Part shown: positions 9,630 to 19,387 of the stretch, one piece after another
How the letters are laid out: every line of letters starts with the position of its first letter
Numbering within the stretch: the first letter of the stretch is position 1
IMG/VR virus record: IMGVR_UViG_3300034104_003795
Span: 62,001-126,000 of that record
Strand: one strand, 5' to 3'
DNA length: 64,000 nucleotides
Program-made: the position numbers and the translations under genes
Notes under the pieces: generated by a model
The model's database searches: none
Seen by the model: the letters and a program-made list of their open reading frames with translations, nothing else
Told to the model about the DNA's origin: nothing

Positions 9630-10121
9630 TTACCAAATTTCAAATCCACCACATCCTCTCAAGAACGTAACGAACTCTTTTATTCTACCTAATGATGTAC
9701 TATGTGCCGATTCTACTACCATACCATCTTTAGTTACAACCGAACTAAAAAGGATACTACCATACTCATACTGCTGATTTAATTCGGTTTCCTTTTCAGA
9801 ACCAATAAATTTACCAGTACCGGCTTCGCACCAAGCACCCAATACTATTTGAATACGGTCATCATTATCAACCATATATTCATTGTAAGTGGCACTATTA
9901 GATATAAGTAGTTCAATAGCATCTGCCAACTTATCACATTGCTTTTGTGTTCTCAATCCTTTACCATCGTTTGAACCCCAATAAGAGAAATCAATCTTTA
10001 ACTTTGATTGTTCAGCTGCTAATTGGCAAATGTAATTGATAGGTCTCCAACCCCACCAATTAGCCCTAAAATAATCACCTTCGTTTGTTGTAGGCTTTCT
10101 GCCTGAAATATCAACTCCCAT
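9630..10121 (-). CDS. conserved phage hypothetical protein
   Basis: MGVDISG..YFRANWWGWRPI..FLRGCGGFEIW pattern. Confidence 0.7.
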   Translation of the reverse strand: MGVDISGRKPTTNEGDYFRANWWGWRPINYICQLAAEQSKLKIDFSYWGSNDGKGLRTQKQCDKLADAIELLISNSATYNEYMVDNDDRIQIVLGAWCEAGTGKFIGSEKETELNQQYEYGSILFSSVVTKDGMVVESAHSTSLGRIKEFVTFLRGCGGFEIW

Positions 10122-10140
10122 AACTTATAATTTAATTTGT

Positions 10141-10599
10141 TTACCAACTTGCCCTATATGCGAAATCGTCAGCCGATTCATCACTAAGCGCTTCTTCTAA
10201 AATTTCAATTGTGTTATCAATATCTTGGTAGTAATACTCATCGTATCCAGTACTACCAAAAAAGAAACCGCTTTGTGTAGGTAACAATTGTTCAGCTTTT
10301 CTTTTATCAATCTTTACAATCCTACATATCCCAAGCAATTCTTCTAACTTCTCTCTACTCACATAAGATTCTTGACACTCATCTTTACCATCCTGCACAT
10401 TGTCAACAAACCAATTGTGAATTTGATTAGCTTTTCTCCAATAACCAACTTCCTCAACTACATACTTAACCCTATTAGGTTTAATTGTGGTATCTACATC
10501 ACCACCTTTCTTTACAAGAACTTCTTGCTTAATTTCCGGCTTTACCCATTCACCTTGCCAAATGTAATTCTTTTTGTACAAATACATGTCTAATCCCAT
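10141..10599 (-). CDS. conserved phage protein (MGLDMY/YWRKANQIH family)
   Basis: MGLDMYL, YWRKANQIHNWF, GFFFGST, YRASW. Confidence 0.75.
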   Translation of the reverse strand: MGLDMYLYKKNYIWQGEWVKPEIKQEVLVKKGGDVDTTIKPNRVKYVVEEVGYWRKANQIHNWFVDNVQDGKDECQESYVSREKLEELLGICRIVKIDKRKAEQLLPTQSGFFFGSTGYDEYYYQDIDNTIEILEEALSDESADDFAYRASW

Positions 10600-10637
10600 A
10601 ACTTTAATTTTTATTTTTGTTTATTAATAATTTATTT

Positions 10638-11084
10638 TTATGATTCATAATCTTCTTCATCATCCCACATATCATTATTCTCATCTTCATCATCATCACC
10701 ATAAAAGAATCCCTGCTCATCACAACTATCAGGTCCACTCATTTGATAAACCCAACCATCAGCTTGCTCCACTAAATTAGGATAGTACACACCATCCGTT
10801 CCAACTCCACTGCCATTGTTTTTACCAAATGCTAAACTAATACCCTCTTGTCTCATATCAAAGGTATATTTTTCACCACCCTCATAAACCGATGTTACTC
10901 CATTCATTTCAGCAAGTAATTCATAATAATCCTTACCACCAAATACACCATAACCATCGTAATCATCTTCGGTCCATACATTACCTTTGTTATCCATCAT
11001 TTGTACTCTAAACGTTCTACGAATAGAATATTTGTTAGCGATACTCTTATCGGTATCTTGCGTTTTCCAACTAAAAAATCCCAT
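10638..11084 (-). CDS. conserved phage hypothetical protein
   Basis: MGFFSWKTQD..YDGYGVFGGKDYY pattern. Confidence 0.7.
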   Translation of the reverse strand: MGFFSWKTQDTDKSIANKYSIRRTFRVQMMDNKGNVWTEDDYDGYGVFGGKDYYELLAEMNGVTSVYEGGEKYTFDMRQEGISLAFGKNNGSGVGTDGVYYPNLVEQADGWVYQMSGPDSCDEQGFFYGDDDEDENNDMWDDEEDYES

Positions 11085-11087
11085 AAC

Positions 11088-11429
11088 TTACTTTTTATTT
11101 TTTATTAATATAATATGTTTACAATCTTTACCACGTCCGAAACTATGCGCAGGACAACTACAATTCCAAACACCTTCATCATTTATCACTTTGTAGGTAT
11201 TACCTTTACTACCTGCTACTTCGTATTCCTTACGTTCTTTCTTAACAGGTTTTACTTTATCTTTAACACCATACTCAATTTTATCCCAAAGTTTTTCCAA
11301 CTCATCCCATCTATAACTTCTATCTACTTTTACCCAACCATCACCAGCGGAACTACATATGATATACCATTGTTTACTGAATATACCTTGAAAGGATACC
11401 GGTGGAAAGTGTGAACGAAATCTTCTCAT
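11088..11429 (-). CDS. SWIM zinc-finger protein
   Basis: GSKGNTYKV..WNCSCPAH..CKH. Confidence 0.8.
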   Translation of the reverse strand: MRRFRSHFPPVSFQGIFSKQWYIICSSAGDGWVKVDRSYRWDELEKLWDKIEYGVKDKVKPVKKERKEYEVAGSKGNTYKVINDEGVWNCSCPAHSFGRGKDCKHIILIKNKK

Positions 11430-11433
11430 TGTA

Positions 11434-11649
11434 TTATCTATATAGGGTTACAAAATGTCCGAAGTGTTTATCAAAGGTTGCTACTAAATGTTCATAGTCA
11501 CCTTTCATCATTTCGGCTTGGATAGCTTTACTATCTAATCCCAATTGTTTAGCCAAATTACTAGCTCTACCAATTAACATAAACGCGTTACCATCAGGTC
11601 CCGTCAAATCAATTTCAATTCCTAAACTTTGTTTTTTACTTTTTATCAT
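11434..11649 (-). CDS. conserved phage hypothetical protein
   Basis: IDLTGPDGNAF..M.GDYEHL pattern. Confidence 0.7.
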   Translation of the reverse strand: MIKSKKQSLGIEIDLTGPDGNAFMLIGRASNLAKQLGLDSKAIQAEMMKGDYEHLVATFDKHFGHFVTLYR

Positions 11650-11666
11650 AACTTAATTTTTAACGA

Positions 11667-11879
11667 TTAATAAAAGAAACTATTCCAAGCAATCCAATTC
11701 GGTACTTTGTACTTAACACCAACAAACTCCGGTTTAGGAAACTTATTGTAAGGTGATGGAACTGATTCAAATGTTGAATTCACTTTGTTTACTTTAACCA
11801 ATCTTGCTCTACAAGTTGGTGATTGATTTTGAGAAGTATCTTTCCCAATAACCGATTTTAATTCTTCTATCTTATTCAT
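11667..11879 (-). CDS. hypothetical protein
   Basis: 70 aa ORF with AAGTTATG start context. Confidence 0.6.
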   Translation of the reverse strand: MNKIEELKSVIGKDTSQNQSPTCRARLVKVNKVNSTFESVPSPYNKFPKPEFVGVKYKVPNWIAWNSFFY

Positions 11880-11882
11880 AAC

Positions 11883-12083
11883 TTAATATTTACTAATTTT
11901 CTTTTCGTATTGTTTTGTAATTGTGATTGATTTTAATTCAGGATTACTATTTGCTATTATCATAATAGTCGAATAACTCAATCCTTTAATTATAATCTTA
12001 TCACCTGACTGTGATACTATTTCAATATCATGTGTTGTTTTGTAATTCATATTAGGCAACTTTATGATAAATTGTTTCACCAT
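11883..12083 (-). CDS. hypothetical protein
   Basis: ORF; start probably MNYKTT. Confidence 0.5.
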   Translation of the reverse strand: MVKQFIIKLPNMNYKTTHDIEIVSQSGDKIIIKGLSYSTIMIIANSNPELKSITITKQYEKKISKY

Positions 12084-12582
12084 TAGAGAATCTAGCGGTA
12101 ACTCCTAACTTCATAGAATAATCTTTGAATATATTTTCAGTTACTTCAACTAATTCATTCCTTAACTTCTCAGCTTTTTTCTCAGCCAATAAAGCGTAAG
12201 CTTTGATTTTAGAATTTGATAAAGCTGTATTGTATCCAATACCATTTTCTAATTCACCAATCTCATATTCATCACCATTGATAAAATAATGAGCGTTCCA
12301 ATCCAAATTCACACCTTCATAGTAACCACTACGAATAACAGGTGAAACCCAAACTTCTAAACTGAAATCGTTGTATGAAAACTCTTTTGTTAATGAACCC
12401 AAAACACGTGAAGGAAAACTTCTACATTCGTGCGGGTCACTTTTGTTACCATCGTACCAATCGGCGTGGTTTTTAAATTCATAAGTAAGATTATCTACTA
12501 AATCTTCATAATCCCATTCGTTCTCTAATGAACACGCGAAAATGTGGGTAGCGTTTACATTGTGGAAATTGCTTGTAGCCAT
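12052..12582 (-). CDS. hypothetical protein
   Basis: First gene after promoter 12606-12637. Confidence 0.7.
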   Translation of the reverse strand: MATSNFHNVNATHIFACSLENEWDYEDLVDNLTYEFKNHADWYDGNKSDPHECRSFPSRVLGSLTKEFSYNDFSLEVWVSPVIRSGYYEGVNLDWNAHYFINGDEYEIGELENGIGYNTALSNSKIKAYALLAEKKAEKLRNELVEVTENIFKDYSMKLGVTARFSNGETIYHKVA

Positions 12583-12605
12583 AATTTTTAAGTTTTATTA
12601 CATCG

Positions 12606-12637
12606 TAAAACTACAAAAAAGGCATGAAACTACCAAA
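12606..12637 (-). promoter_or_regulatory. Bacteroidota sigma-A type promoter
   Basis: TTTG-N20-TAGTTTTA. Confidence 0.7.
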
Positions 12638-12667
12638 TATTTTAGGGGTTATTTTTAGGGGTAAAGA

Positions 12668-12758
12668 CGTAACTAATTGATTCTCAATCAAGAATTTTTT
12701 AGGGGGCGTAACTGATTGATTTTCAATGATTTATAACTCATTGATTATCAACGAGTTA
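12668..12758. repeat. three palindromic repeat copies; first 32 bp identical to 16735-16766
   Basis: cgtaactaattgattctcaatcaagaattttt, gtaactgattgattttcaatgatttat, ataactcattgattatcaacgagtta. Confidence 0.8.
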
Positions 12759-12940
12759 GAATCTCTCCTTTTTAACGTCCTTTATTATCTGATGAACTGA
12801 TAATTCCGGGTGCTCCTTTGCATAAGCTATTACTCTTAAAATGAATATAGCAACTTCATCTTTTTTTTCTAATTTCTTAACCAAATTTATTAGGTCATCT
12901 AAATTCTCATAAAACTTACCCATAGGTTATAATTTATTAA

Positions 12941-13267
12941 TTAATCTATCCACTGTGAACGATGTGTTTTATGTCCCCTCACATTTAATTCAGGAACTTT
13001 TGCGGTAATATGTTTAGCCGCTTCTTTTAACTTATCATTACGAACCATCTCACCTTCTCTACCAATTTCTTTTGCTCTTTTTAATTGCTTTGTTGACAGA
13101 TTCCCACCCATAGTTACTGATGCGAACTTCTTAACGTGATACTGGTCCAAAGGTACTGATTGTTCTTTTAGGTATGCCGATTTACTATCCAAATATTCAA
13201 AGAAAGCATCTTCGGATAATTCCTTCATTTGCTCATCGGTTAATTCTTGTTCAGGATTATATTTCAT
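12941..13267 (-). CDS. hypothetical protein
   Basis: 108 aa ORF preceded by ATATTTATA motif. Confidence 0.7.
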   Translation of the reverse strand: MKYNPEQELTDEQMKELSEDAFFEYLDSKSAYLKEQSVPLDQYHVKKFASVTMGGNLSTKQLKRAKEIGREGEMVRNDKLKEAAKHITAKVPELNVRGHKTHRSQWID

Positions 13268-13285
13268 AAGTGTATAAATATTAAG

Positions 13286-13498
13286 TTAATCATTTACTAT
13301 TTCAGCTTCGGATACTTCGTTTACTAAATAGTGGGTATCATCCGGTCCTCTCAATAGTTTTTCTACACAATAGTATTCACATACTTCTTGTGCATTGAAT
13401 TTGTTTGAGAATAAACCTTGCACAAACCAACTATCTGCTTTGAACTTTCTTTTCACTATCCACAAAGAGTTGTTAGCGTTTAAAAATTCTATTTGCAT
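13286..13498 (-). CDS. hypothetical protein
   Basis: 70 aa ORF. Confidence 0.65.
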   Translation of the reverse strand: MQIEFLNANNSLWIVKRKFKADSWFVQGLFSNKFNAQEVCEYYCVEKLLRGPDDTHYLVNEVSEAEIVND

Positions 13499-13857
13499 AC
13501 TTTATACCAATTTAAATCTTCCATTATAAATGCCTGTTTTTCGTATGGGTGATTATTGTATTTGTATCCCATATTATAATAGCGTGTCATCCATCTAGGA
13601 TCCTGTAAATAATGTGTGTATTCGTGCACTATTGTTTTTGCCAAATCACTTTTTGATGTTATATTTTTTGAATAGATTATAATTTCGTTTTCTTCTGGGT
13701 CATACTCACCATGCCATTCGTTATCTATACCTTCCGATTCCGGAGTTTTTTCTATAACTAAATACGGCGTATGTGTATGGTATTTACTTTCACCCAAAAG
13801 TTCAACAGTCCTATCAAAATATAATTCAGCCAATCTCTCCACTTCTTTTTTATTCAT
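13489..13857 (-). CDS. putative zincin metallopeptidase
   Basis: GEYD..TIVHEYTHYLQ..HPYEKQA. Confidence 0.7.
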   Translation of the reverse strand: MNKKEVERLAELYFDRTVELLGESKYHTHTPYLVIEKTPESEGIDNEWHGEYDPEENEIIIYSKNITSKSDLAKTIVHEYTHYLQDPRWMTRYYNMGYKYNNHPYEKQAFIMEDLNWYKVCK

Positions 13858-14164
13858 AATTTTGTATTTTAGCTGATAACAGCTTTTTAAATGTATCCAT
13901 TCTTTTTAGGTCTAATTTAGACATATCAAATATCTCAATTGGATTCCATTGGTTATCTATATAGACACCGCATGCAATACGTTTATCCAACATCGTAATA
14001 ACAATAGTAAATGCTTTATTATCCTGATTACCACCACTAACAGGATTCAGTCTTAATGTATGTGATTGTGGTGCAACTGTCATAGTATCTTTACAAACTT
14101 CATACATTACATTGTTAGTATAAAGATGTTCACCATAAATTTTATTCCAATTTTCTATTAACAT
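13850..14164 (-). CDS. hypothetical protein
   Basis: 104 aa ORF. Confidence 0.65.
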   Translation of the reverse strand: MLIENWNKIYGEHLYTNNVMYEVCKDTMTVAPQSHTLRLNPVSGGNQDNKAFTIVITMLDKRIACGVYIDNQWNPIEIFDMSKLDLKRMDTFKKLLSAKIQNYE

Positions 14165-14330
14165 AATTTATTATTTAATCCATTCATAATATGCATGTTG
14201 GTATGCCTCTACGGGTGTAAAACCTTCACTAATATATCTTTGTGCGTATTCCTCAACTTCTACTCTCAATCCATATGCAGATGCTTCTTCTAATATCAAT
14301 TCAATATCCATTTGTTCATCTATTGTAATA

Positions 14331-14546
14331 CTATTTGTCATTGTTTTCTCTTTTAATAGTTACATTTGATTTGAAAAGAATATTTGCCAAAAAGTTTATA
14401 CCCATAGCTTGATATAATGTAATTTGCGTTACACCAAATATATTAGGCATCAACCAATTCCATAACCACATTGTTGGAAATGCCAAAATGATTGCTGATA
14501 ATAACAGCAATCCTACTACAATTAAAAATGCTTCTAATGCTTTCAT
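14331..14546 (-). CDS. small membrane protein
   Basis: Two hydrophobic segments, WLWNWLMP.IFG..IT..QA.G pattern. Confidence 0.7.
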   Translation of the reverse strand: MKALEAFLIVVGLLLLSAIILAFPTMWLWNWLMPNIFGVTQITLYQAMGINFLANILFKSNVTIKRENNDK

Positions 14547-14547
14547 T

Positions 14548-14817
14548 TTATGATATGTTTGTTGTTAATAATTCATCGGTATCACTATAAAATAATTCAG
14601 CAGTTGATTCGCCACCATTATCACCGGGTTCCATATCGGTTTCAGTACCATATAAACTTTCACTATCTTCATAGGTATTATCAAAATTATCATTTTTGAA
14701 ACACTCAATCATTTTAGTTTTAGCTTCATCCAATGTCTCACATTCAATTGTGTGATGTTCCCTTACCCACATTGTTATTTTCTTATCAATGTAGAAATTA
14801 AATTTTTCGTTACTCAT
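14548..14817 (-). CDS. hypothetical protein
   Basis: 89 aa acidic ORF. Confidence 0.7.
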   Translation of the reverse strand: MSNEKFNFYIDKKITMWVREHHTIECETLDEAKTKMIECFKNDNFDNTYEDSESLYGTETDMEPGDNGGESTAELFYSDTDELLTTNIS

Positions 14818-14835
14818 AATTTTTATTTTTAATTT

Positions 14836-15099
14836 TTAAAACCCACCAACAAAGCAATTAGCTTTACACATTGTTAATAAATAAATGTTGTTTCTACAAT
14901 CGACATCTGCTCTACTCATAGCAAGGTACAAGTTGTTATCAACTACGGCCTGTACAAACCCGCCACCGGCGTAGGAACTCTTATCACGTGTACACATAAT
15001 AGAAACCATAACATCCAAAATATGTTCACTTACATTTGTGAACCCATAATCAATAGCGAATTGAGTAGCTCGCTCTCTACATTGTTCTCTAATATCCAT
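14836..15099 (-). CDS. conserved phage hypothetical protein
   Basis: GGGFVQAVVDNNLYLAMSRAD pattern. Confidence 0.7.
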   Translation of the reverse strand: MDIREQCRERATQFAIDYGFTNVSEHILDVMVSIMCTRDKSSYAGGGFVQAVVDNNLYLAMSRADVDCRNNIYLLTMCKANCFVGGF

Positions 15100-15121
15100 A
15101 ACTTTATTTTTATTGTTTTAA

Positions 15122-15334
15122 TTAATCAATTTCTCCAAACATTCTAATCCATTCCTCGTGTGTAATTCCCGTCATAAGAAACTCTCTATCTTCCATAGAT
15201 AAGTTGGGAACAATATTCTGAATTAATTCAGAAGTATTCCGTCTACTTTCAATTCTAAGCAATTGCTCCGGCGTAACATCAATGTTTAATGTATTTTCTT
15301 TACCGGTCAAACTACTTATTTTTGTAACATTCAT
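15122..15334 (-). CDS. conserved phage hypothetical protein
   Basis: S.LTGKENT..IQNIVPNLS..DREFLMTGIT..EW pattern. Confidence 0.75.
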   Translation of the reverse strand: MNVTKISSLTGKENTLNIDVTPEQLLRIESRRNTSELIQNIVPNLSMEDREFLMTGITHEEWIRMFGEID

Positions 15335-15375
15335 ATCTTTATCGTTTTTATTTATTACTATTTTTATTGTTTTAA

Positions 15376-16107
15376 TTAATCAATTTCAACTACTACCCAA
15401 TTTGATGGATTCGCTACCTTAATGATATATTTAGCATCGGTATATCTTTTACCTTCTTTAGCTATATATCTTTGTGTTTTACGATTCTTATAAGGAGTTC
15501 TCAATGATTGTAAAATGTGTGAGAAACTATTAGAACCGGTAAGTTGTTTGTAGTATGTTTCCAATTCACCATGCGATACTGCACCTTTCCTATCCACATA
15601 ATCTAAAAGAGCTTGTGTAATATATCCACGTTCTCTTATATTTTTTAAGTGGTTATCGTAATCTTTACTAACCGATGATTCATATCTATCTGAATCTTGT
15701 TGCAACGTTGAACGATAATCTTCATCGGCTTCTTCGTTACTTACAAAATGTGAATTCGTATTATCAAACACATTCACATCTAAAAGGTCCTGATAGGTAT
15801 ATTTTTCAATACCACCATTACAGTTGTATATAGTTAAGGTCTTTCCATCCCAATCCCAATCTTCATAATCATCACCATTTTTAAGCCATCTTTGAATAGC
15901 ATCCAATTGTGATTGAGTTGGTTCATCAAACCAATCTGATTCACTAACTTCTTCATCAATAGCTTCTTCGGCTATTTTAGAATTCAATTCACCATATAAT
16001 TTTTCTAACAAAGATTCATTAACTTCTTTATTAACAAAGTTACCATTATGGTAGGTAATACCCAACGAATAAATGAGTTCGTTAATCTCTTTAATACTTA
16101 AATTCAT
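15376..16107 (-). CDS. hypothetical acidic protein
   Basis: Start trimmed to MNLSIKE to avoid overlap with the upstream gene. Confidence 0.65.
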   Translation of the reverse strand: MNLSIKEINELIYSLGITYHNGNFVNKEVNESLLEKLYGELNSKIAEEAIDEEVSESDWFDEPTQSQLDAIQRWLKNGDDYEDWDWDGKTLTIYNCNGGIEKYTYQDLLDVNVFDNTNSHFVSNEEADEDYRSTLQQDSDRYESSVSKDYDNHLKNIRERGYITQALLDYVDRKGAVSHGELETYYKQLTGSNSFSHILQSLRTPYKNRKTQRYIAKEGKRYTDAKYIIKVANPSNWVVVEID

Positions 16108-16111
16108 ATTC

Positions 16112-16390
16112 TTATTTTTTACTTTTATAATATTGAAATAATTCAGCCCAACCACTACAAGCATCCCAATCGTACTTATAGAATGTTTTTGTACCAAATG
16201 ATACTGAACCGATACATTCAGGTCTACCGCCTAACTTTGATTCGTTCATATCCTTTAACTTTAAGAACTTCTTATAACCGGACATCAAATCTTTACCATC
16301 CGAATTTTCCATAAGGTTACATACCAAAGGATACTTTTTAAGGAAAGCTACACAAGCCTTCTCATTAACTTTAAAAACTAGCTTATTCAT
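16112..16390 (-). CDS. hypothetical protein
   Basis: 92 aa ORF. Confidence 0.65.
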   Translation of the reverse strand: MNKLVFKVNEKACVAFLKKYPLVCNLMENSDGKDLMSGYKKFLKLKDMNESKLGGRPECIGSVSFGTKTFYKYDWDACSGWAELFQYYKSKK

Positions 16391-16396
16391 ATTTTA

Positions 16397-16651
16397 TTAT
16401 TTATTATCAATTAAGTAAATTGTACCTTTAACATAAGGACCACCCCATCTTTGATATTCAAATAATTCATTCCATAACCAATCACAATAGTCATCGGTTA
16501 CACCTTTAGTCAAATCTTCATTAAAGAATGTTATTGCTTTAACAAACTTCAATCTTCGTTTAGCTAATTGCGGGTTAATACTTACTTCAATCATAGCATC
16601 GTTCAAATGTGAACCCACTATAATACCTAAATTTGTTTCAAAACTACTCAT
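16397..16651 (-). CDS. hypothetical protein
   Basis: First gene after promoter 16673-16704. Confidence 0.7.
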   Translation of the reverse strand: MSSFETNLGIIVGSHLNDAMIEVSINPQLAKRRLKFVKAITFFNEDLTKGVTDDYCDWLWNELFEYQRWGGPYVKGTIYLIDNK

Positions 16652-16672
16652 ATTTTCAATCTTTATTATACC

Positions 16673-16704
16673 TAAAACTACAAAATAGTTACCAATCTAC
16701 CAAA
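16673..16704 (-). promoter_or_regulatory. Bacteroidota sigma-A type promoter
   Basis: TTTG-N20-TAGTTTTA. Confidence 0.7.
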
Positions 16705-16734
16705 TATTTAAGGGACTATTTTTACCCCTAAAAG

Positions 16735-16830
16735 CGTAACTAATTGATTCTCAATCAAGAATTTTTGGGCAAAAAATAACCCATTGAAAATCAATGAGTT
16801 ATGAATGTGTTGAAAATCAATGAGTTATGA
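16735..16830. repeat. three palindromic repeat copies
   Basis: cgtaactaattgattctcaatcaag, ataacccattgaaaatcaatgagttat, gttgaaaatcaatgagttat. Confidence 0.8.
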
Positions 16831-16831
16831 A

Positions 16832-17158
16832 TTATCCATAATTTTCCCAATAATATTGCCTTACAGCTCCACCCAATTCCATATCATTAGGATATTGTTC
16901 AACTAGGTATTTAGGTATTGAAATAAGTTCTCTACCCGCTGAACTTCCTTTGGTATAACAAATACCACAAAGTTGTCCAACTCCTTCTACATATCCAGTT
17001 CTTATATCAATATGTGTGCTTGTTTTATATTGTGTTTTCTTTCCACAAATTACACAATTATCATATTGAACGTCATCTTTAATTGTAGTAAATGCAGGAT
17101 TAATTCCTGTTACTAAATTATCTTCTCCAATTTGTAATGTTACGTGATGTTCTCCCAT
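16832..17158 (-). CDS. hypothetical Zn-binding protein
   Basis: CVIC..R.GYVEGVGQLC.IC and YPNDMELG..VR patterns. Confidence 0.7.
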   Translation of the reverse strand: MGEHHVTLQIGEDNLVTGINPAFTTIKDDVQYDNCVICGKKTQYKTSTHIDIRTGYVEGVGQLCGICYTKGSSAGRELISIPKYLVEQYPNDMELGGAVRQYYWENYG

Positions 17159-17194
17159 AGTATTAATATTTATTGTTTATATAAATATATAGTT

Positions 17195-17626
17195 CTATTT
17201 TGAATTTTCCAAATCTAAATTGGCAGTGTACCATTCTAATATTTCTTCACCTGCTATTATATCCCTAGTTGCAACTCCATCTGTTGTTATATTAATATTT
17301 TCTTCATTTGGATATGCCGAATTACAATACGATACCGAATGACAAATGAAATTTATCCCTTTAAACAATCTAAATAATTTATAACCACAATCTTCGTTTA
17401 TAAAATACATATCCAAAAGGTCTTGTACCCCTTCTGGTAAATTTTTTAATTTATCTTTGGGAAGCATATACACACCCGTTTCTCCATCCCATTGTGGAAA
17501 TACTTGCTCTCCTTTTTTTATATCTTTAATTGCAAATACACCTATCCCGTGAATTGGTGATGGTGCAATTTTGCTTTTCACATTCATTTCTAAATGGTCT
17601 ATAACCTTTTGTATATTTGTATTCAT
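17195..17626 (-). CDS. SET domain protein (putative lysine methyltransferase)
   Basis: PSPIHGIGVFAIKDIKKGE...ATRDIIAGEEILEWY. Confidence 0.8.
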   Translation of the reverse strand: MNTNIQKVIDHLEMNVKSKIAPSPIHGIGVFAIKDIKKGEQVFPQWDGETGVYMLPKDKLKNLPEGVQDLLDMYFINEDCGYKLFRLFKGINFICHSVSYCNSAYPNEENINITTDGVATRDIIAGEEILEWYTANLDLENSK

Positions 17627-19161
17627 TAACTATAAAATTTTCCTGACATTAAATTCTTTATAAATTGTTCCTGTGTTTGTAATAACTTAGCTCCTTCATC
17701 CGCACGTCTTATAATTTTAGTGTGTAGTTGTTTTGTATAATGTATAAGAGAATATTTTTTTAATGTATTAAATACTGCGGGTTTAGATAGAGTTTCCAAT
17801 CCGTACAATGTCCAACACCAAACACCCCAACCAGATGAACCATTGTAACTGGAAAAATCAAATGTAGAAGGACTTCTATATTTACAAATTTCTATGATAT
17901 TTTTTACAAAATCACTCATTGGTAATTCGTTATTACAAAACTTCCAAAATTCTGAATCATTTCGTTTATTATAGTAATGGATTCGTATTAGGTCTTTATA
18001 CTCATCTACCAGAGTTCCCATAACCTCATTGTATCGTTTTAAATTTTGTTCTAAAAAAAATTCTTTTTTATTTAAAGAAAAGAAATTACTGAATAACGTA
18101 TCAACTTGTAATAACGTTGTATGAATTGACGTAGCTTGAAGTGGTTCTAAAAATGAAGATGATAATCCTATCGCTACAACATTTTTAATCCAAAATTTAT
18201 CTAATCTACCTGGATCAAAACTTAATTTTCTTATCGGTTGTATTTTCCTACCAGTTGTTTTTTCCAATTCTTCAAGCGCCTTATCATCACTTACAAATTT
18301 ATCGCAATATACATAACCACATCCATATCTTTCTTGCGTTGGTATTTGCCACATCCAACCATTCGGCATTGACCAAGCCAAAGTTTCTAATTTAGCTTCT
18401 TCCGGTCCTTTTTCGTATTGATGTATATAAGGTAATGCGGAATTTACGGGAAGTTCATTTGAATAACTTATCCATTTTGCACCCATTTTATTAATTAACT
18501 TCTTATGAAATCCAGTACAATCTATCCAAAAGTCTGCCTCTAACGGAATTAAGTTACCTTCCAATTTTACGCTATCACATTCACCTGTTATTGGATTTAT
18601 ATTAACATCATCAACTTTAGCATCTATGTGTTTTACACCGTTTTCTATACAAACACTTTTAAAATATTCACCAACTTTATGGGCATCAAAGTGATAACCA
18701 TGTATACCCATATTTTCTTTACCGTTAATGTGATAATCCGATATTCCTCTGGACATAAAATGTCCCGCTATGGATGAATCATAAAAATTACCCTGCATAC
18801 AGGAAGCAAGAAATTCACTATCTACGTTATATCCCGCGGTTTCAGACGGTTGTATGGGACTTAAAAATTCAGTACCAACCCCATTCCAATCTTTAAAACG
18901 TATTCCGTATTTTGGCACTGCACGTGACCCTTTAAAAAAGTTAAATTCAGTTTTTTTCAAAGCAGAAAAACGAGTAGCTACCATTTGTTGCATTAACGCA
19001 GTAGTTCCTTCTCCGGCCCCGATAATTGGTATATCGGAACTTTCAATTACAGTAATATCTATTTGCTCTAATCTATCCTGTTTGTATAATTGGTTTTGAT
19101 TTGCAAAGAATGCCGCAGTCAACCAACCCGCTGTTCCCCCACCTACTATAACAATTTTCAT
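17626..19161 (-). CDS. flavin-dependent (tryptophan) halogenase family protein
   Basis: GGGTAG, IGAGEG, K-YGIRF (catalytic Lys position), GYHFDA, IDCTGF, WMWQIP (WxWxIP), EPLQATSI. Confidence 0.88.
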   Translation of the reverse strand: MKIVIVGGGTAGWLTAAFFANQNQLYKQDRLEQIDITVIESSDIPIIGAGEGTTALMQQMVATRFSALKKTEFNFFKGSRAVPKYGIRFKDWNGVGTEFLSPIQPSETAGYNVDSEFLASCMQGNFYDSSIAGHFMSRGISDYHINGKENMGIHGYHFDAHKVGEYFKSVCIENGVKHIDAKVDDVNINPITGECDSVKLEGNLIPLEADFWIDCTGFHKKLINKMGAKWISYSNELPVNSALPYIHQYEKGPEEAKLETLAWSMPNGWMWQIPTQERYGCGYVYCDKFVSDDKALEELEKTTGRKIQPIRKLSFDPGRLDKFWIKNVVAIGLSSSFLEPLQATSIHTTLLQVDTLFSNFFSLNKKEFFLEQNLKRYNEVMGTLVDEYKDLIRIHYYNKRNDSEFWKFCNNELPMSDFVKNIIEICKYRSPSTFDFSSYNGSSGWGVWCWTLYGLETLSKPAVFNTLKKYSLIHYTKQLHTKIIRRADEGAKLLQTQEQFIKNLMSGKFYS

Positions 19162-19166
19162 ATATT

Positions 19167-19376
19167 TTATTTTTTAGTTTCTTCCATATTACCAACATAT
19201 TGATATACATCCCATAATCTTCCTAATGCGTATTCCAATTGAAATTTAAGTTCACTATCAGTTTCCGTTAATGGATGTTCTACACAATGGTCATTTAGGG
19301 TACACATTATAACATGCAATCTGTCCATCAATTCTAAATAGTGTCCATCATTAATTTTTGTTTCATTTTCTGGCAT
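19167..19376 (-). CDS. hypothetical protein
   Basis: INDGHYLELMDR pattern. Confidence 0.65.
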   Translation of the reverse strand: MPENETKINDGHYLELMDRLHVIMCTLNDHCVEHPLTETDSELKFQLEYALGRLWDVYQYVGNMEETKK

Positions 19377-19387
19377 ATATCATTTGT

